From a bacterium (GTDB lineage Bacteria > Hydrothermota > Tepidihabitantia > Tepidihabitantales > Tepidihabitantaceae): a DNA stretch of 23,524 bases. Made by a program: the position numbers and the translations under genes. The notes under the pieces were generated by a model. That model did not search any database and had not been told where the DNA came from. It saw only the letters and a list, made by a program, of their open reading frames with translations. The stretch is taken from contig JAWOHE010000093.1 in the NCBI GenBank assembly GCA_046485285.1, positions 1 through 23,524 of the forward strand, in the 5' to 3' direction. This document shows positions 10,271 through 19,127 of the stretch, piece after piece (within the stretch, counting starts at the first letter, position 1; each line of letters starts with the position of its first letter).

Positions 10271-12216
10271 CAATCAAGCTGTCCAGCCTGCTGACCCCGG
10301 ACCTCGCCTTCGACTGCCCGCAGTGCGAGAGCCAGGCCGAGGTCTTCCAGTTCCTGTCCCGCCAGCTCGTCCGGCGCGGCATCGTCCCCGACCGCCGGAC
10401 GCTGACCGACACGCTCCTCGCCCGCGAGCAGCAGGGCTCGACCGGCGTCGGCCACGGCATCGCCCTGCCCCACGCCACGACCGACGCGGTCGACCGCCTC
10501 GTCGTCGCCGTCGTCCGGCTCGCCCGGCCGATGGACTGGGACGCCGCCGACGGCCAGCCGGTGCGCCTGCTCGTCGTCATCATCGCGCCGCCCGACCAGC
10601 GCGACATCTACCTCGGCGTCCTCGCCGAAGTCGCCCGCTCACTCAACCGGCCCGACGTCCGCGAGCAGGTCCTCCGGACGAAAAACCCGGCCCGCGCCGT
10701 AGCGCTCATCACGACGACGCACCACCACGGCTTCCTCCGTCGCAACCGCCGGATCCTGCTCTTCTGCCTCTCGATCGCGGCGATCTTCGTGGCCGCCCGC
10801 TTCGCCCTGATGGGCGTCCACCTGCCCGAAACCGGGATTTACCAGGAGCTCGGCTACACCAAGTTCAACGAGCCGCTGTGGATATTCCGCCAGGAGCTGA
10901 CCGTCACGCTCTTCCTCGCGATGGTGCTCGGCACCCTGTTGTTCTGGCGATTCCGGCTGGCAATCGCGGCCGGCAGCCTCGGCATCCTGCTCGTCGCCGG
11001 GGTGATGGACCTCGAGACGACGGTCGAGTTCATGTCAATCCCGACGATCCTGTTCATCATGTCGATGATGGTCATCGTCCGCTGGCTCGAGAACATCGGC
11101 GTCTTCCGCACCATCGTCATCCGAGCGGTCGAGCGCGTCCGCGGCATACCTTGGCTGCTCCTGCTCGTCCTGATGGGCTTCTCGGTTATCCTCGGCGGCT
11201 TCGCCGACGAGGTTTCCGCCATCCTCATCACCTTCGGCCTCGCGCTTGAGGTCTCGCGCCGGACCAAGGCTCCGCTCCTGCCCTACCTGCTGAGCCTTGT
11301 CTTCGCCACCAACGTCGGCAGCGCGCTGACCCTCGTCGGCAACCCTATCGGCGTCTACATCGCCTTCGCCGGCAAGCTCAGCTTCGAGCACTTCCTGCGC
11401 TGGGCAACACCGGTCTCGGCGGTAGCCGCGGTCGCGGTCGCCGGCCTCTGCCTCCTCCTGTTCCGGAAGGACTTCTTCGGCCGGCGCTACGAGATCGACT
11501 TCGCCGAGCTCAATCGGACGACCGAGGCGGTGAACCCGGCGCGCCTGCGCACCGGCATCATCACCTTCGCCGTCACGGTCACGCTCATCGCGCTCCACCG
11601 CCGGCTCGAGGTCCTGCTCAACCTCCACGAGGGCACGGTGCTCGTCGCGGTCGCGCTGATCGCGGTCGGCTTCATCGTCTTCTCCGAACAGGAACGCGGT
11701 CGCCAGCTCATCGAACGCGGCATCGACTGGTGGACCCTGCTCTTCTTCATGTTCCTGTTCGGCAAGTCGGCCTGCCTCGAGTACACCGGCGTCACAACCA
11801 AGCTCGGCTACGTCCTGCTCCGGCTCACCGAGGGTTTTGCCGGGTCGACGGTGGTTCCCGGCGGCTCGACCGGCGTCATCGCGGTGATAATGCTCTGGGC
11901 CGGCGGCATCTCGTCCGGCTTCGTCGACAACCTGCCGATCGTTGCCGCGCTCGTGCCGGTCGTCAAGGATCTCGTCCGGGTCGGCCTGCCCCACGCGTCG
12001 ATTCTCTGGTGGGCGCTCCTGTTCGGCGGCTGCTTCGGCGGCAACCTGACCTTCATCGGCTCGACCGCCAACCTCGTCGCGGTCGGTGCCTTCGAACGGG
12101 CAACCGGCGGGACGGTCAGTTTCATTAAATGGTTCAAGGTCGGACTGCTGGTCACGGCCGTATCGCTCCTGATTGCGACCGTGGCCCTGCTGGTCCAGAT
12201 TGGGTTCGCGTCCTGA
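10267..12216 (+). CDS. PTS EIIA (Ntr/Fru-type) domain fused to an ArsB/NhaD/SLC13-like (ion transporter superfamily) permease, copy 1
   Basis: N-terminal AREQQGSTGVGHGIALPH (EIIA phospho-His motif) and DWDAADGQPV; then a multi-TM domain with ATNVGSALTLVGNP, IDWWTLLFF, SGFVDNLP and GGNLTFIGSTAN. Confidence 0.88.
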   Translation: MTIKLSSLLTPDLAFDCPQCESQAEVFQFLSRQLVRRGIVPDRRTLTDTLLAREQQGSTGVGHGIALPHATTDAVDRLVVAVVRLARPMDWDAADGQPVRLLVVIIAPPDQRDIYLGVLAEVARSLNRPDVREQVLRTKNPARAVALITTTHHHGFLRRNRRILLFCLSIAAIFVAARFALMGVHLPETGIYQELGYTKFNEPLWIFRQELTVTLFLAMVLGTLLFWRFRLAIAAGSLGILLVAGVMDLETTVEFMSIPTILFIMSMMVIVRWLENIGVFRTIVIRAVERVRGIPWLLLLVLMGFSVILGGFADEVSAILITFGLALEVSRRTKAPLLPYLLSLVFATNVGSALTLVGNPIGVYIAFAGKLSFEHFLRWATPVSAVAAVAVAGLCLLLFRKDFFGRRYEIDFAELNRTTEAVNPARLRTGIITFAVTVTLIALHRRLEVLLNLHEGTVLVAVALIAVGFIVFSEQERGRQLIERGIDWWTLLFFMFLFGKSACLEYTGVTTKLGYVLLRLTEGFAGSTVVPGGSTGVIAVIMLWAGGISSGFVDNLPIVAALVPVVKDLVRVGLPHASILWWALLFGGCFGGNLTFIGSTANLVAVGAFERATGGTVSFIKWFKVGLLVTAVSLLIATVALLVQIGFAS

Positions 12217-12258
12217 TGACGGCGGTTTCCGCGCGCGACCCGCGAGAGGTGAAGCGAG

Positions 12259-12669
12259 ATGTTTGACCGGATTCTCTACATCGTCAGCGAGCGACAGGAA
12301 GACAAGCACTTCGTGATGGAACTGGCCCGCGCCAACGCCAGCGCCGTGCTGATGAGCGGGGTGATGTCACGCAACTGCCGCCAGGTCAGCACCGACGGCT
12401 ATACCCGTAACGAGGTCCTCCGCGAACAGACCGAGCGGAAGTGCTGGCAGGATCTCTATCGGCTCGAGGAGGAGTTCAAGCAGACCGGCCTCAAGGCCAC
12501 CGTCGTTGCCCAGCAGGGCGGCATCGAGAACCTCCGAACCCTTGCCAACAGCACCCACTGCAACCTCGTCGTCATCTCGGCCGCCGCGCTCGCCGACGAC
12601 GACTACCGGCTCCCCGACGACCTCGTCCCGAACCTGCCCTGCCCGCTGATGATAACGAACCCGGAATGA
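12259..12669 (+). CDS. universal stress protein (USP)-like protein, 136 aa
   Basis: GAGGTG SD; MFDRILY start, ...NLVVIS... and C-terminal LPCPLMI match the USP fold pattern; the G-2x-G-9x-G(S/T) ATP-binding motif is not evident. Confidence 0.65.
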   Translation: MFDRILYIVSERQEDKHFVMELARANASAVLMSGVMSRNCRQVSTDGYTRNEVLREQTERKCWQDLYRLEEEFKQTGLKATVVAQQGGIENLRTLANSTHCNLVVISAAALADDDYRLPDDLVPNLPCPLMITNPE

Positions 12670-14681
12670 CGGCCAGCCGTCAGACCGGGTCCAGCCGCCT
12701 GCGCCAGTCTGTCCGCCCGCCACCCGCCGGCGACGCGCCTCGGCTCACCACCCTCCTGACGCCTGACCTTGCCTTCGACTGCCCCGCCCTCGCCACCCGC
12801 CCCCAGGTTCTGGACCACATTGCCGAAGAGCTCGCCCGGCGCGGCGTCGCCGCCGACGCAGCGCCCCTCGGCGCCGAGCTCACCGCCCGAGAGGGCTCCG
12901 GTCCGACCGGGGTCGGCCAGGGCATCGCCCTGCTCCACGCCACGACCGCGACCGTGAGTCAGCCCGCCGTGGCGGTTGTCCGACTCGCCCGACCGATGGA
13001 CTGGGAGGCTGCCGACGGCCGGCCGGTCCGGCTGCTCGTGGTCATTGTCGCCCCGCCCGACCAGCACGAGCTCTACCTCGACCTCCTCGCCGAAACCGCG
13101 CGCGCGCTCAGCCGGCCCGAAGTCCGCGCCCGGTTGCTGAGGGCGCGCGACCCGGGCCGGGCCGCGGCGCTCATCACGACGACGCACCACCACGGCTTCC
13201 TCCGTCGCAACCGCCGGATCCTGCTCTTCGCGCTCGCGGTGCTCGCGGTCTTCCTCGCCGCCCGCGTCGCGCTGGCCGCCGTCCACCTGCCCGACGATGG
13301 TATCTACCAGGAACTCGGCTACACCCGGTTCAACCAAGCCTCCTGGCTCTTCCGCCAGCAGCTCGCGGTCACGCTGTTCCTTGCGATGGTACTCGGCACC
13401 CTGCTGTTCTGGAACTTCCGGCTGGCAATTGCGGCCGTCTGCCTCGGCCTGCTGCTGCTCGGCGGTGTCGAGGACCTCGTCACCACCGTCCGTTTCATGT
13501 CCCTGCCGACCATCCTGTTCATAATGTCGATGATGGTCGTCATCCGCTGGCTCGAGGGTATCGGCGTCTTCCGCACCATCGTCATCCGGGCGGTCAAGCG
13601 CGTCCACGGCGTCCCCTGGCTGCTCCTGCTCGTCCTGATGGGCTTCTCGGTCATCCTCGGCGGCTTCGCCGACGAGGTCTCCGCCATCCTCGTCACCTTC
13701 GGCCTCGCGCTCGAGGTCTCGCGCCGGACCAAGGCCCCGCTCCTGCCCTACCTGCTGAGCCTAGTCTTCGCCACCAACGTCGGCAGCGCGCTGACCCTGG
13801 TCGGCAACCCTATCGGCGTCTACATCGCCTTCGCCGGCGAGCTCAGCTTCGAACACTTCCTGCGCTGGGCGACACCGGTCTCGGCGGTCGCCGCGGTCGC
13901 GGTCGCCGGGCTCTGCCTCCTCCTGTTCCGGAAGGACTTCTTCGGCCGGCGCTACGAGATCGACTTCGCCGAGCTCCAGCGGACGACCGAGGCGGTGAAC
14001 CCGGCGCGCCTGCGCACCGGCATCATCACCTTCGCCGTCACGGTCTCGCTCATCGCGCTCCACCGTCGGCTTGAGGTCCTGCTCAATCTCCACGAGGGCA
14101 CGGTGCTCGTCGCGGTCGCGCTGATCGCGGTCGGCTTCATCGTCTTCTCCGAACAGGAGCGCGGCCGCCTGCTCGTCGGGCGCGGCATCGACTGGTGGAC
14201 CCTGCTCTTCTTCATGTTCCTCTTCGCCAACGCCGCCTGCCTCGAGTACACCGGTGTTTCGACCAAGCTCGGCTACGCCCTGCTCAGCGCCGCCCGGGGT
14301 CTGACGCCGACCAGCGCCGGCCCGGCCTCGGTCACTGCCGCGGCCGCGCTGATAATGCTCTGGCTCAGCGGGCTGACCTCGGGCTTCGTCGACAGCCTGC
14401 CGGTGGTCGCCGCAATGGTGCCGATCGTCCGGGATATGATTCGCATAGGCCTGCCCCACGCGTCGATTCTCTGGTGGGCGCTCCTGTTCGGCGGATGCTT
14501 CGGCGGCAACCTGACCGCCATCGGTTCGGTCGCTGGCCACATCGCCGTCGGCGCGTTCGAGCGCTCGACCGGAACGTCGGTCCGGTTCGGGGAGTGGTTG
14601 AAGACCGGGGTCGTCGTGACGCTGGTCGCGCTGCTGATCGCCACCGGCGCCCTGCTCCTGCAGGTCCGGCTGGCACCCTGA
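12666..14681 (+). CDS. PTS EIIA domain fused to an ArsB/NhaD/SLC13-like permease, copy 2, 671 aa
   Basis: Colinear paralogue of 10267-12216 (offset 2465 bp); AREGSGPTGVGQGIALLH; start re-assigned to ATG 12666, which overlaps the USP stop (ATGA). Confidence 0.86.
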   Translation: MTASRQTGSSRLRQSVRPPPAGDAPRLTTLLTPDLAFDCPALATRPQVLDHIAEELARRGVAADAAPLGAELTAREGSGPTGVGQGIALLHATTATVSQPAVAVVRLARPMDWEAADGRPVRLLVVIVAPPDQHELYLDLLAETARALSRPEVRARLLRARDPGRAAALITTTHHHGFLRRNRRILLFALAVLAVFLAARVALAAVHLPDDGIYQELGYTRFNQASWLFRQQLAVTLFLAMVLGTLLFWNFRLAIAAVCLGLLLLGGVEDLVTTVRFMSLPTILFIMSMMVVIRWLEGIGVFRTIVIRAVKRVHGVPWLLLLVLMGFSVILGGFADEVSAILVTFGLALEVSRRTKAPLLPYLLSLVFATNVGSALTLVGNPIGVYIAFAGELSFEHFLRWATPVSAVAAVAVAGLCLLLFRKDFFGRRYEIDFAELQRTTEAVNPARLRTGIITFAVTVSLIALHRRLEVLLNLHEGTVLVAVALIAVGFIVFSEQERGRLLVGRGIDWWTLLFFMFLFANAACLEYTGVSTKLGYALLSAARGLTPTSAGPASVTAAAALIMLWLSGLTSGFVDSLPVVAAMVPIVRDMIRIGLPHASILWWALLFGGCFGGNLTAIGSVAGHIAVGAFERSTGTSVRFGEWLKTGVVVTLVALLIATGALLLQVRLAP

Positions 14682-14695
14682 GGGGCTGGTCCGCG

Positions 14696-14956
14696 TCAGC
14701 CGGACCTGCGCCCGCGCCGGGTCCGCGCCTTTGCGCCGTCAACCGCCCGGGCCATCTCGGCGAAGATCCTCAGGTTCTCCCGGGCTTCCCGCGCGTCGAC
14801 GACCTGGATCGCGAAGCCGGCATGGACAATCACGTAGTCGCCCGGCTTGACCCCGGGCGTCATCAGCACCGATACGTCGCGCTCGACCCCGCCGACCTCG
14901 CCGGTCGCGGTGTCGCCGTCGACGCTCACTACCCGGACCGGGATCGCGAGACACAT
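14696..14956 (-). CDS. hypC: HypC/HybG/HupF-family [NiFe]-hydrogenase maturation chaperone
   Basis: Diagnostic MCLAIP N-terminus and PGDYVIVHAGFAI; 86 aa. Confidence 0.95.
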   Translation of the reverse strand: MCLAIPVRVVSVDGDTATGEVGGVERDVSVLMTPGVKPGDYVIVHAGFAIQVVDAREARENLRIFAEMARAVDGAKARTRRGRRSG

Positions 14957-14957
14957 G

Positions 14958-16265
14958 CTACGTCTTCAGCTTCTTCGGCTCCGCGGCCGGGAACAGCACG
15001 TTATTGAGAATCAGCCGGTAGCCGGGCGAGTTCCGGTGCAGTGACAGGTCGGTCGGCGGGTCGCCGACCCGGTGCGCGTAGTCCTCCGGGTCGTGGCCGC
15101 CGAGGAAGGTCCAGGTACCATTGCCGAACCGACCGTGGATGTACTTGACCTGCTCGGTGTTCCTGACCTCGCCCATCACCAGCACCTGCCGCTTCAGCCG
15201 CTCGCGCCGGAACCCGCAGTTCTGGCCCAGGAACTCGCGCACCAGCCCGACGTGGTTCTGCACCAGCATCGTCGGCACCGGGTCGAACTTGGCCGAGAAG
15301 TCAAACAGCGTTATGTAGGTGTCCGGCCCGCGCGCGGTCGCCTCCTGGTAGGTGTCGATGTCGGAGTGCTCGTAGACCAGCGGGTCGGTGATGACCGCGA
15401 AGCCCTCGAACGCGAGGCAGCCCTCGTAGTCGAGCTTGCGCGCGTAGCCCGGGTCGACCGGGTCGCCGTCGAACACCGCCGCGCAGATGTCGGTGTTGCG
15501 CGCCGCCCACGCGATGTCGGGCGTGTCGGTGGCCGAGCACATCGCGAACAGCATCCCGCCCTCATCGACGTAGCGCCGGATCGCGTCGACGACCGCCAGC
15601 TTCAGCCGGCTCACCTTGGCGAACCCGAGCCGGGTAGCCATCGCCTGGTAGGTCGCGACCATCTGCCGGTACCAGTCGGTTGAGTGGTAGGCGGCGTGGA
15701 ACTTGCCGTACTGGCCGGTGAAATCCTCGTGGTGCAGGTGCAGCCAGTCGTACTCCGCAAGTCGGCCTGACAGCACCTCCTCGTTCCAGACCAGGTCGTA
15801 CTTGATGCCGGCGTAGTCGAGGGCGAGCCGGACCGCGTCATCCCAAGGGTCCGCGGTCGGCGGCGCGTAGACCGCCAGCCGCGTCGCCCGCTCGAGCGGG
15901 ACCGCGTCCATGTTGCCGGTCGCGATCGTCGCGCGGGCATCCGCGAGTTCGCCCGCGGTCAGGGACTGCACCGTCACCCCGTGCAGCCGGCAGTCCTTCA
16001 GCACCTGCTCGTCGCCCGGGACGAGGAACGACCCGCCCCGGTAGTTGATCAGCCACTCGGCCTTGCCCCCACGCTGGAGGAGGCGGTGGACGATGCCATA
16101 GGCCTTGAGATGGTCCGCCTGGCGCAGGTCCATCGGTATCAGCGTCATCGCCGGCTCGGCCGCCGCAAGCCCGACCGACAACAGCAACAGCACGAGGATG
16201 CCAGCGGCAAGACGCGGGCCGCGACCTGCCATCCGCAGTCCGCCGTCCGCAGCCATCCTGCTCAC
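14958..16265 (-). CDS. secreted/periplasmic protein of unknown function with a possible class I glutamine amidotransferase-like domain
   Basis: Signal peptide (LAAGILVLLLLSVGLAAA); LIPMD..Q..HLKAYG, DWLHLHHEDFTGQYGKF, GGMLFAMCSATD and GGHDPED. From memory it resembles a family often labelled 'asparagine synthetase B' in FCB-group genomes, but it lacks AsnB motifs. Start may be GTG 16265 (GTGA overlap) or a downstream ATG. Confidence 0.8.
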   Translation of the reverse strand: MSRMAADGGLRMAGRGPRLAAGILVLLLLSVGLAAAEPAMTLIPMDLRQADHLKAYGIVHRLLQRGGKAEWLINYRGGSFLVPGDEQVLKDCRLHGVTVQSLTAGELADARATIATGNMDAVPLERATRLAVYAPPTADPWDDAVRLALDYAGIKYDLVWNEEVLSGRLAEYDWLHLHHEDFTGQYGKFHAAYHSTDWYRQMVATYQAMATRLGFAKVSRLKLAVVDAIRRYVDEGGMLFAMCSATDTPDIAWAARNTDICAAVFDGDPVDPGYARKLDYEGCLAFEGFAVITDPLVYEHSDIDTYQEATARGPDTYITLFDFSAKFDPVPTMLVQNHVGLVREFLGQNCGFRRERLKRQVLVMGEVRNTEQVKYIHGRFGNGTWTFLGGHDPEDYAHRVGDPPTDLSLHRNSPGYRLILNNVLFPAAEPKKLKT

Positions 16266-17200
16266 GCCACTATCCTCGTCCCGGCCCGGCCCGAACGCGC
16301 CTCGGTGATGTGCTCCGGGTCGGTGATGATGACCTCGCCGCCACCCGCGGCGATGAACGCGAGCGCGGACTCGACCTTCGGCCCCATGCTCCCCTCCGGA
16401 AACTGCCCGGCCGCGAGGTGCGCGCGCATCTCGGCCGCGGTCACCCGGGCGAGCGGCCGCTCGCCCGGCCGCCCGAACTCGACGCAGACCCGCTCGACCG
16501 CGGTCGAGATGATGAGCTCGCGGGCGCCGAGCCGGCTCGCCAGAAGGCTCGACGCGTGGTCCTTGTCGATCACCGCCGCCACACCCTCGAGGTCATCGTC
16601 CCGACGCACGACCGGGATGCCGCCCCCGCCGCAGGCCACGACCACCGCCCCGCCCGCCACCAGCCGCTCGATTGCCGCCAGCTCGACGACCTCCCGCGGC
16701 GCCGGCGATGGCACCAGCCTGCGAAACCCGCGGCCGGCGTCCTCTTTCAGCACCCAGCCCAGCTCCCGCTGCAGGGCGGCCGCCTCGCCCTTCGTGTAGA
16801 ACGGCCCGACCGGCTTCGACGGCACGGCGAAGGAAGGGTCGTCGGCCGAGACCACGACCCGGGTCACCACTGTCACCGTCCGCCGCTCCAGCCCGCGCGC
16901 GGCCAGCTCGTTGTCGAGGCTCTGCTGGATCATGTAGCCGATCTCGGCCTGGGTCATCGCGTTCGCGGCATCGAGCGGCGACTCCGGCAGCCGGGCCCGG
17001 GAGAGATGCGAGCGGATGAGCAGGAACCCGACCTGCGGCCCGTTGCCGTGGGTCACCACGACCTCGTTCCCGGCCGCGACCAGCTCGGCGACGTGCCGGC
17101 AGGTCTCGCGCGCGGTTGCGAGCTGGTCCGCGAACGAACCGCGCTCCTTCGAGCGAATCAGCGAATTCCCGCCGATGGCGATGACGATGCGTGCTTTCAC
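16262..17200 (-). CDS. arcC: carbamate kinase, 312 aa
   Basis: IAIGGNSL, THGNGPQVG, PSKPVGPFY, EDAGRGFRRLVPSP, GGGGIPV, AVIDKD, GSMGPKV. The true start is GTG 17200; the longer ORF call runs into rnpB. Confidence 0.95.
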   Translation of the reverse strand: MKARIVIAIGGNSLIRSKERGSFADQLATARETCRHVAELVAAGNEVVVTHGNGPQVGFLLIRSHLSRARLPESPLDAANAMTQAEIGYMIQQSLDNELAARGLERRTVTVVTRVVVSADDPSFAVPSKPVGPFYTKGEAAALQRELGWVLKEDAGRGFRRLVPSPAPREVVELAAIERLVAGGAVVVACGGGGIPVVRRDDDLEGVAAVIDKDHASSLLASRLGARELIISTAVERVCVEFGRPGERPLARVTAAEMRAHLAAGQFPEGSMGPKVESALAFIAAGGGEVIITDPEHITEARSGRAGTRIVA

Positions 17201-17207
17201 CGCTAAC

Positions 17208-17235
17208 AGGTTATCCCGGCGGCCCGGAGGGTCAA
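17208..17235 (-). promoter_or_regulatory. arcC promoter TTGACC-N16-TAACCT, 7 nt before GTG (leaderless)
   Basis: Reverse strand reads TTGACC ctccgggccgccggga TAACCT gttagcg GTG. Confidence 0.7.
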
Positions 17236-17357
17236 GCCGGCGGCCCTGGCCGCCGTAAAAACCGCGCCTTCGGAGCAGCGGAGCAGAGGGGTTCCTTCCG
17301 GATTCCGAAACTGACTCCCGGCGCGTGCGGCGCCGGCATCTGCCAGCGCCGCGGACC

Positions 17358-17386
17358 TTGCCAGCCCGCATCTTTGCGGCTACAAT
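17358..17386 (+). promoter_or_regulatory. rnpB promoter TTGCCA-N17-TACAAT
   Basis: The -10 box ends 6 nt before the P1 helix 5' end of the RNase P RNA. Confidence 0.75.
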
Positions 17387-17392
17387 CCTCTC

Positions 17393-17787
17393 GAAGGCGG
17401 ACCGGACGGTCGCGGCCGCGTTTGCGGTCGAGGAAAGTCCGGGCACCACAGGGCACGGCACTCGTTAAGAGCGAGGCCGCGGTCGGGCGACCGGCCGCGG
17501 ACGGAAAGTGCAACAGAAACCACACCGCCCCGCGCCCCCGGGCCGGGGTAAGGGTGAAAAAGTGCGGTAAGAGCGCACTGGTCCGGCCGGCGACGGTCGG
17601 GCCGGGCAAACCCTGCCCGGTGCAAGACCAAGCATGGGAGGCGCGGCACCCTCGGGCGCCGCCGGGCCGGCCCGGCCTGACTCGCCTCCCGGGTAGGTCG
17701 CTTGAGGCCGGCGGGCAACCGCCGGTCCAGACAAATGACCGTCCCGCGCCTCGGCGCGGACAGAACCCGGCTTACAGGTCCGCCTTC
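17393..17787 (+). ncRNA. rnpB: RNase P RNA (bacterial type A)
   Basis: P1 pairing GAAGGCGGACC...GGTCCGCCTTC; conserved GAGGAAAGTCCGGGC, GTGCAACAGAAA, AGGGTGAAA..GTGCGGTAAGAGCGCAC, GGCAAACCC, AGACAAATGA and ACAGAACCCGGCTTA. Confidence 0.97.
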
Positions 17788-17804
17788 ACTCTCTGGTCGG
17801 GCGA

Positions 17805-17832
17805 TTGACACCACGCCCGGCCTTCCTATAAT
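17805..17832 (+). promoter_or_regulatory. consensus promoter TTGACA-N16-TATAAT for tRNA-Leu-deoB-cdd
   Basis: Both hexamers are perfect sigma70 consensus, in a very GC-rich background. Confidence 0.88.
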
Positions 17833-17855
17833 TCCCCACCTGCCCCGCAGGTCCT

Positions 17856-17937
17856 GCCGGGGTGGTGGAATTGGCAGACACGCTTGGTTGAGGGCCAAGT
17901 GCTTCACGGCATGCAGGTTCAAATCCTGTCCCCGGCA
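17856..17937 (+). tRNA. tRNA-Leu (anticodon GAG), 3' CCA not encoded in register
   Basis: Acceptor stem GCCGGGG/CCCCGGC plus discriminator A; D arm GTGGAATTGGCAGACAC; anticodon arm CTTGG-TTGAGGG-CCAAG; long variable arm; T arm GCAGG-TTCAAAT-CCTGT. Confidence 0.96.
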
Positions 17938-17945
17938 TCCACCAC

Positions 17946-19127
17946 ATGTCTGCTCACAGAGCAGTCGTCCTCGTGCTTGATGGCGTCGGTTGCGGTGAGC
18001 TGGCCGACGCCGACGCCTATGGCGACGCCGGCTCGAACACGCTCGGCAACCTCGCCCGCGCGGCCGGCGGCCTCGCCCTGCCCAACCTCGGTCGGCTCGG
18101 GCTCGGCAACCTCACCCGGGTTGCCGGCGTCCCGCCCTGCCCATCCCCGGCCGGCGGGTTCGGCCGGATGGCCGAGGCCTCGCCGGGCAAGGACTCGACG
18201 ACCGGCCACTGGGAGCTTGCCGGCCTCGTGCTCGACCGGCCCTTCGACCTCTTCCCGGACGGCTACCCGGCCGGCTTCATCGCCCGGCTCGAGGCCGCCA
18301 TCGGCCGCCCGACCCTCGGCAACGTTGCCGAATCCGGCACCGCGATAATCAACCGGCTCGGCGACGAGCACGTCCGCACCGGCGCCCCGATCGTCTACAC
18401 CTCGGCCGACAGCGTGCTTCAGGTCGCAGCCCACGAGGACGTCATCCCGGTCGAGGAACTCTACCGAATCTGCGCGACGGCCCGGCAACTGCTCGACCGC
18501 GAGTTCCGCGTCGGCCGCGTCATCGCCCGGCCCTTCACCGGCGCGCCGGGCGCCTGCCGCCGCACCTCGCGCCGCCGCGACTTCTCGCTTCCCCCGCCCG
18601 ACGCGACCCTGCTCGACCGCGTCAAGGCCACGGGCCGGGCGGTCGTCGCCATCGGCAAGATCGACGAGCTCTTCGCCGGCCGCGGCATCACCGAAAGCCG
18701 GCACTCGGTCGACAACGACGACTGCCTCGACGCGACCCTCGCCGCGCTCGACCGCGTCGGGTCCGGGCTGGTGTTCACCAACCTCGTCCAGTTCGACATG
18801 GACTGGGGTCACCGCAACGACCCGGCCGGCTTCGCCCGCGCCCTCGAGGCCTTCGACCAGCGCCTGCCCGCACTGCTCGCCCGGCTCGGCCCCGGCGACC
18901 TGCTCTTCATCACCGCCGACCACGGCAACGACCCCACCACCGCCTCGACCGACCACTCGCGCGAGCACGTGCCGCTACTCTGCGCCGGCCCCGGCGTCCG
19001 CGCCGGCGTCGACCTCGGCACGCGGCCGACCTTCGCCGACCTCGGCCAGACCGCGGCCGGGCACCTCGCCGTCTCGCCGCTCCCGCACGGGACGAGCTTC
19101 CTGGACCGACTCAAGGAGGACAAGTGA
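17946..19127 (+). CDS. deoB: phosphopentomutase
   Basis: VLDGVGCG, GKDSTTGHWELAG, IVYTSADSV, RVIARPF, NLVQFD..WGHRND, TADHGNDPT, DHSREHVP. Confidence 0.96.
   Translation: MSAHRAVVLVLDGVGCGELADADAYGDAGSNTLGNLARAAGGLALPNLGRLGLGNLTRVAGVPPCPSPAGGFGRMAEASPGKDSTTGHWELAGLVLDRPFDLFPDGYPAGFIARLEAAIGRPTLGNVAESGTAIINRLGDEHVRTGAPIVYTSADSVLQVAAHEDVIPVEELYRICATARQLLDREFRVGRVIARPFTGAPGACRRTSRRRDFSLPPPDATLLDRVKATGRAVVAIGKIDELFAGRGITESRHSVDNDDCLDATLAALDRVGSGLVFTNLVQFDMDWGHRNDPAGFARALEAFDQRLPALLARLGPGDLLFITADHGNDPTTASTDHSREHVPLLCAGPGVRAGVDLGTRPTFADLGQTAAGHLAVSPLPHGTSFLDRLKEDK

Noticed and set aside
14958-16265. Calling this gene asnB
   Set aside because: It lacks the N-terminal Cys (Ntn) glutaminase domain and the SGGLDS synthetase motif, and it carries a signal peptide.
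17856-17945. tRNA as an integration site (att) for a mobile element
   Set aside because: No integrase and no duplicated tRNA 3' end in the window; a housekeeping gene follows directly.
17191-17980. ORFs across the rnpB/tRNA region and the 87-aa N-terminal extension of carbamate kinase
   Set aside because: The region is explained by RNase P RNA, tRNA-Leu and their promoters; carbamate kinase homology starts at GTG 17200.
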